Source: Chrysomallon squamiferum
Lineage: Eukaryota > Animalia > Mollusca
Assembly (NCBI GenBank): GCA_012295275.1
Contig: CM022671.1
Coordinates: 5,146,001 to 5,210,000, forward strand
DNA: 64,000 bases
Direction of reading: 5' to 3'
Numbering within the stretch: the stretch's first letter is position 1; each line of letters opens with the position of its first letter. A program made the translations under genes and the position numbers. The notes beneath the pieces were generated by a model, which was not told where the DNA came from, ran no database searches, and saw only the letters and a list, made by a program, of their open reading frames with translations. Shown here one piece after another: positions 46,213 to 64,000 of the stretch.

Positions 46213-47759
46213 TTATAATAAATAAATGAAGGAAACACACACACACAAAGCACAAAACATACACAAAAACAACAGACACAGATACACGTACACATACTCA
46301 GCTGTACTGAACTATTCAAGCTCGGATTTAACTGAAGACATCAGCCCACCACTAACCTCTTCCCTTGCAGCAAAACTGCAAGACAAAGAGTATCAAGCCA
46401 AAATCTGACAGTCAACAGAGGTCAGCAGAGGTTAGTAAACAAATGGCATGGACACGACTCTCAGGTCCGGAACTCAAGCTAGCAAACGGAGGGGGGAGGG
46501 ACTCGAGTTTGATTCAGTCTTAAAGGGGAATAAAACTAGGACGTCGAATACTGCAGCTCTCCCTTTGTAAATTATTGAATATTGATTTCTCTTTAGCGCT
46601 AACTTGGCACTTTCCTTCTGATTTTGACAGATTTGTTTAAATCATGTTTCAGATCTGATTAATATTTTATACCGGCAGTAAAGGCGACAGCAATCGTGTA
46701 GGTTTCAGCCTGCAGTTATAAAATGCAAATATTTTATTTTTTATTTATGTGTTAATCATTAAATGGGAATGTCAGAAATGCTGTATTTTTAAAAAGTTGC
46801 CGTCGTAAATGAGAACATGCGTAAAACCTCATAAAGCGGCTGTTCTATCTTAATCTGCCTTCAGCAAGCTCTGAACACTGACCGGTCTATAAAACAACTT
46901 ACTTAACAAAAAAAACCGTCTCCTGCCTTATCTTTTCTGCAGACAATCTGAAAATGTCCGCGAGTTCTAGCTGCGACGTAAATTATCGATCTTTTGAAAG
47001 CTTTATTTCTTAGCCGGTGCCCACCGTATTCAGTTCATCGTTAAATTATCCGTGTTCCCCTGTTAACGATTCGCCTGCATTTCGTTCTGCTGAAACACGA
47101 TGATGCACTGAAAAACTTACGCCTTATCGAAGGTGCGCTGGATTCGGGGTTCGAGATAACGATAAAGAAGAGGAGTTGTCGGGGAATATATCAGAATTTT
47201 ATGATGGATGTACGTGTTTAAACATCTGGCAACTTCACGTTTCACGTAACGAAAACACAAGCACTCTTGTTGTGAGCTCTCACTAGTCAATCCTGCGTCT
47301 CTGTTTGATTTAACTAACAGTAGAACTCTTCAGTGGATAATCTCCCTTGTTCTTTACGTACTTCAACAGTCGGGCTTTATTTTGATATATATATATATAT
47401 ATATTTTTTTCTTCTACATCTTACATATCATATTCTGTCATGGAAGAAATTTGATCGCTATAAACGGATGAAACACTTGCTAATTACAGAATTAAACAAT
47501 ACATTGTCTTTTTCTGCATCACCGACTAAAGTCGACGAAAGGAGAGGACAATACCCTGAATGTATTTACTATTTCGCTGACTGAAATCATTAAAAGGAAA
47601 ACAATATCGAATTGTTATACTTTCATCTCGGTTACTGTATAACCTCTGAATTAGAGAACCGAGTATCGAGTTTGTGTTCAAGCTGACTGCAGTCGGCCTA
47701 TCGCCGTCAAGCGAGGGTTTTAATCTGTCCGCAGGTATCTGACCTATTAAGAACTTGCT

Positions 47760-47948
47760 CGTTCTCACGTGGCTTGACATACATTAACGATAAGTGCGTC
47801 TGCTAGACTCGTCCTGCTGTCATCACGTGGAAAAGTCAGGTGAAAAAAAACAACAAATAAACGAGAGAGAGAAAACAAAAAAAAAAAACAGGACAGGTGA
47901 AAAATAAGACGTGGTTATTTTTGTTCTTCGAGTAGATCGCGATTAACG
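47760..47948 (+). promoter_or_regulatory. USP proximal promoter / 5' UTR with two CACGTG E-boxes
   Basis: TCACGTGG at 47765-47772 and 47823-47830 in a CpG-rich context upstream of ATG 47949. Confidence 0.45.
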
Positions 47949-58861
<10,913 letters not shown>

Positions 58862-58912
58862 GTAAGTATACAGAACTGCGCCAAAAGTTTTTTTCGTATT
58901 GATTTTTAGAAC

Positions 58913-58943
<31 letters not shown>

Positions 58944-61067
58944 CTTTTTTTTGTTTTGTTTTTTTTTTTTGTTTATTTTTTTTGTTTTTATTTATTTATT
59001 TATTTTTTAATTTATTTGTTTATTTATTTATTTATTTTACATTTACAACATTTGCTCGTGTTAAAATTAATATTTTAGCAAAATTCTGCTTTTGCAGTAT
59101 TTTTTTTTCCTCTACATTTCCATTTCACATGTAATTCTATCATTATCCCTTGAAAACGAACTGAAAAACTAAATAAATTCAACTTCTCATCGATTTTCTG
59201 ACAATATTTTAATCAAAAAATTCAAGTACTAATTTTTGGTTAACGTTTTTATTTTTTATTTTTATATTTTTTTTAAATTTCTTTCTCGCCATCTCTTTAG
59301 TTAAAAGGAAAAGAAAGATCAAAAACGTTGTTAAGATTAGTTCTCACAGATTTTTAAAATGTTTTTGTAAACTGTTTTAGCTATTTTGTGATCAGGTTTC
59401 AAAGTAATGAACAATCAGTTTTAATGTCAACGTGACACTGTGACAGAACATCGAAAGTAAGAATAGGTCAGTGATGAGATTAAGTGAAATAAAAGGAAAT
59501 GGAGTGTGTGCATGTGTATGTGTGCGTGGGGGTATGTATGTATGTACGTGTGTATGGGTATATGTGTATGTATGTGTGTTTGTTTTTGTGTGCGTATGTG
59601 CAATAAAAGGAAATGGAGTGTATGCGTGAGTATGTGAGTATGTTTGTGTATATGTGTGTTTGTATGTGTGTAAGTGTGTATGTGTGTAAGTGTGTATGTG
59701 TGTATATGTGTGCGTGTGTATGTATCTGTATGTGTGTATATGTGTGTATGTTTGAATTTGTGTGTGCATGCGTGTGTGAGTGTATGAATGTGTGAGAGAT
59801 TGTGTGTGCGTGTATGTGTGTATATGTGTGCGTGTGAGTGTGTGTTTACGAGTGTATGTATGAGTATGTGTGTGACTGGATGAGGTTGTGTATGTGTGTG
59901 CGTTTGTGTGCGTGAATCAGAAGAGAGAAAGAGCGATATAACGGATAGGAGGAATGAGATGGGGATGGGGAGAGAGCGACAGAGAGAGAAAAAGAAAGAA
60001 AGAAAGAAAGAGAGAAATATATTTTTGTTAACCTCCATAACTTATTTTTTTACTCATCCTACCAAGTAAAATTAAGTACTAGCTTGACCCGCTAACTCAT
60101 TAAAAAAAAAAAAAAAAAAAAAAAAATGACATCAATTATTTCTAAATTTATAATTTTACAAAACAGTAGCAGACAGCCCTGCAGCGATTTCTTCTAATAG
60201 AAAAACAAATTATCACCCACGAGAATCAGTACGTGCGGACCCAGAGTCACAGCATTACATAATTAACTAAATACCAGTTAATCTCACTGGCCGAATTTTG
60301 CAATTTCCCGATCCAGCAAGATGTTTCTAAATACAGAGAAATTAAATTTGTTCTTAGTACAAAATAAAATAAAATAATAAGCAGTGGGTTTTTTTTCTGG
60401 ATAGTACAATATAAGTTATTATTTGTCATAATTCGGATGAAGCTGGTACTCGAACGAAATCTGAATTAGTTGCCGATGCTGAACAGTTGGTTAAGACTCA
60501 GACTCGGTCAGAGATGTTTTATTCCTGCTTATTATAACTACATAAGCACTGGAAGTTCTCTGTCTTTGTCAAATAATACGACAGTGTTTACCGAAGGTGT
60601 TTCTTTCTCGGTCATAAGATAGGTTAGACAGATAACAGTCATAAACATAAAATGATGGAAAAGAAACAAAAAACAAGCAAAAACATTTTTTTTTTTTTTT
60701 TTTTTTTTTGACATGTTAACTAGCACTACAGGGAAAACAAATATTAACAGCACCTTTGAAATTTACAGAAGTTTAAGCCGAGCTCTTCGTTCTATCAGAT
60801 CAACGTTATTGTCTTGGTGTGACAGTTTCTGATCAATATGAGGTTATTTAATTTACGATGTCTGGACAAGGCCGCGGTGAAATGCAACTACTTAAATTCG
60901 TGTCAACTCAATTGTCGAGTTATGTGAGAAGACGTCGTTCTGTATCAGTGTATTTCTCCACTAAAATAGACGAAGATATTGTACTCGGCTTGTGAAACGT
61001 GATTTGATAAGATGAATAGTGGCTCGTGTTAACAGCACAGAGAAAGTTCAGCAGAGAGGCCAAGTGT

Positions 61068-61171
<104 letters not shown>

Positions 61172-63079
61172 TGAACTGATTTGTTCTTCTTTCTTATGAA
61201 AAGAAATCAATGACGATAACGACGAAGGCATCACTATTAATATATATATATATATATATATAACGTATTCATGTCAAAATAAATGAATACTAAACACACA
61301 CGCTATGCCGAACTTGTTTCATGTTTCATTACACGGAATGATAAATCACGACTATTTAATAAACAGAGTGACGCTGGCAGTCGATTCATCACAAAGAGTT
61401 TTATCACACAAACCTGTATGAAGTCGCAATAAAAAGAAAATAAACTGCTGCTGAAGCAGAACACGTTACACGTGGCTGCCAGAAACAACGTCGTAAATTA
61501 TTAATAATGGAGAATGTTGTTGCTCATTGTATTCTTTTCCATCATCATCATAACCATTATCATTTTCATTTTGTTCTTTATCTTCAAAGTGATCAGGATC
61601 TTCGTCGTATCCGCATCATCTTTGTTTTCTTATTATCATTTTCTTCTGTTGTTATCATCAACATCTTCTTTTTTCTTGTAGATAAAATCCTATAAGTTTG
61701 TCGTTAAAAAAAAAAAAAAAAAAAAAAAACCCTCTACAACTTAATTAATACTCGATTCGGCAATTTTCGCTTCATTTCGGAAACGGAAACTAACGAAGAT
61801 CGATCACGAGAAACGAATAATGGCGACAATGGCAGCGTGATTAAAATGATTAAACCGAGGCTGTTGACTGGGAAGCTGGTGACCTGGTGCGGTGTCGCGC
61901 CATTAAACTGTTTATTTAAGAATGCAAATCAACTTTCACAGCGAACATCGTCGCTAATGGGACCAGAACGGGCCACTGATATGTCGACATTTTGTTTGAT
62001 CTCGAGACATGCGTTAATAACGAAAAGCGAAAAACGGTACTCGCGCCTGCGCAGTCGCATCACAAAAATATTGTTACGAGATGTGACACCACTGTGTCTG
62101 GTTTTTGTGTGTAATTCTGATCTGAAAGTCGTTCATCTCGGAGGGTGTTAGGTACTAGGGTCGCCTCCTTATTCAGATCATTTAAAACGTGTGTATATTT
62201 TATGCAATACGAATGTATTGATTTCAGCCATTATTAATTTTAAAGGATGTCAGAGGGGGTTTCTTCATTCAGTCTTATCTCATACGTTATATTTAACATA
62301 CTATCTGTACTTCTACGTCACTGGTTAGGGGACTAGCTGAAGTTTTGTAGATATCGAGATCGATCCCCTTTAGTGCGCTGTTTGAATGGTTTCCCGTTCC
62401 TGCTCATTTCAGTTAGACTAAATTTCAAAATATTTTTTTTAAATTAATTTTCGTCTTATTCTTACTTTAGCATCATTCATTCTTTTGTTGAACTCATCAC
62501 CAATTTAAAAAGCATTGACTTTTAAGCGAGTGAAACCAATTAACACGCATTAAGATATTTTTAAATTAGTACCAGACTACACGATACCAGTATCTTTAAG
62601 AAATTTCAGCTCTCAAGTGTTACTTTTCTATAGCGGTTTCTGATCAGGACAGAAGTATTTAATTTACATTGTCTGGAAGAAAATTCGACTACTTAAATTT
62701 GTCTGTGAAATCAACCGATACGGCCTCTGTGTGTGTTCGTTCCAGACGCGCTTTCAGAGCCGTTCAGTTCAGTGTTTCAGTTTAATTCTCTCTCCTACAA
62801 GCTGCAGGCTCGGCTTTGACAGAAGTAAGGAGATTTATTTAACATTTGTCAGTTCCTTCGATTAGTTCACATCAGGCCGGGCTGGGCAGTGACGAGGACT
62901 TGTCTAGAAAGAAGAAAATCCGCTGTAAAAGATTTTGTTTGACGATTGTTCGATATACACTGATCTTGTACAGACTTGTATGTAAAACTTAGCGAACAAA
63001 TTAGTACTTACTTATATATATATACATATACACACACACACAGATATAGGCACACGCATATACACTCATTAAAACATGC

Positions 63080-63110
<31 letters not shown>

Positions 63111-63112
<2 letters not shown>

Positions 63113-63140
63113 GGGTGGCCCAAAAGTAGGTTTACAGTTA
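63111..63140. mobile_element. Solo Tc1/mariner-type TIR related to the 13115 MITE
   Basis: CAGGGTGGCCCAAAAGTAGGTTTACAG just after a (TA)n tract; no matching right TIR seen. Confidence 0.55.
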
Positions 63141-63302
63141 TTACGTAGGCAATTTATTTTAAAATATAAGCATGTTTCAAGCATTAAAATGTCCTCCTTC
63201 AACATTTTATTTTATGTTATGAATATATATATATACTTATCCAAACACATACATACACAGATACGCAAACAAAAATATTAACAAAGCGTAAGTAATAGTA
63301 GA

Positions 63303-63465
<163 letters not shown>

Positions 63466-64000
63466 ATCTCATTCTCTTTGAGGCTTTCAAATTAACTCAC
63501 ATGCGCACTATTCTGTTTATCTCGCAAACACACACCTACACAGATGCAAATAAATTTCTTAGAAATAAGTCGATTGTTATCTGAAAGAAAGAAAAAAAGA
63601 TACCTGAATGCCTGATCCATTAATATCCGTCTCATTAGTGACTATACACAGTGGTATACCTTGTTTAATAGAAACTGTTTTTTTTTTTTTTTTTTCTTCT
63701 CTTGTCAGATCTGTGCTTATTAATGCATCTTCTGAAACACCACTCGTGTTACTAACATAGAGAAACAGTTACTTCTGATTAATAGTTAATGTCTTTGGGA
63801 CTAGCTGAAAAAAAATCCGTAGAAATGTTAATGGGAAGAAAAAAAGAAAAAAAAAAAAAGGAAAAATAAATAAAGGAAAATAGGAAAAGAAGGAATGAAA
63901 AAAAAAAAAGGATAATGAGAGAAAAATGGAGAAAGAAAGAACAGAGATATAAATAAAGAAAAACAGAAAAATGATAAAGAAAAAAGAATATAAAAATTTT

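Noticed and set aside
61837-62151. 104-aa plus-strand ORF in the CpG-rich block
   Set aside because: GTG start, no recognisable domain and no splice context; better explained as regulatory DNA.

Overview
AT-rich, microsatellite-rich animal genomic DNA. The SINE remnants and an intron-containing USP gene point to a lophotrochozoan, probably a mollusc (inference). The left half (about 1-32.7 kb) is CpG-depleted and holds three compact multi-exon genes that I assembled by hand with GT-AG junctions. These are a CCDC74-like gene (-, 7 coding exons, 371 aa), a KIAA0753/moonraker orthologue head-to-head with it (+, 17 coding exons), and phosducin-like protein 1 (PDCL, +, 7 coding exons, 302 aa). The KIAA0753 gene has one extra base that creates a premature TAA in coding exon 14. 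A decayed I-group LINE lies between KIAA0753 and PDCL. The right half (about 33-64 kb) retains CpGs and is almost entirely non-coding. It contains only the first two exons of a universal stress protein (USP) gene with a 10.8-kb first intron, many textbook transcription-factor motifs (kB, ISRE, C/EBP, CRE, E-box, X-box, NRF1, YY1) and several orphan promoter or exon-like segments. I found no clear evidence of a wholly new gene system. The best leads are the ciliary three-gene cluster, the KIAA0753 frameshift and repeat tail, and the unexplained regulatory architecture around the USP gene.
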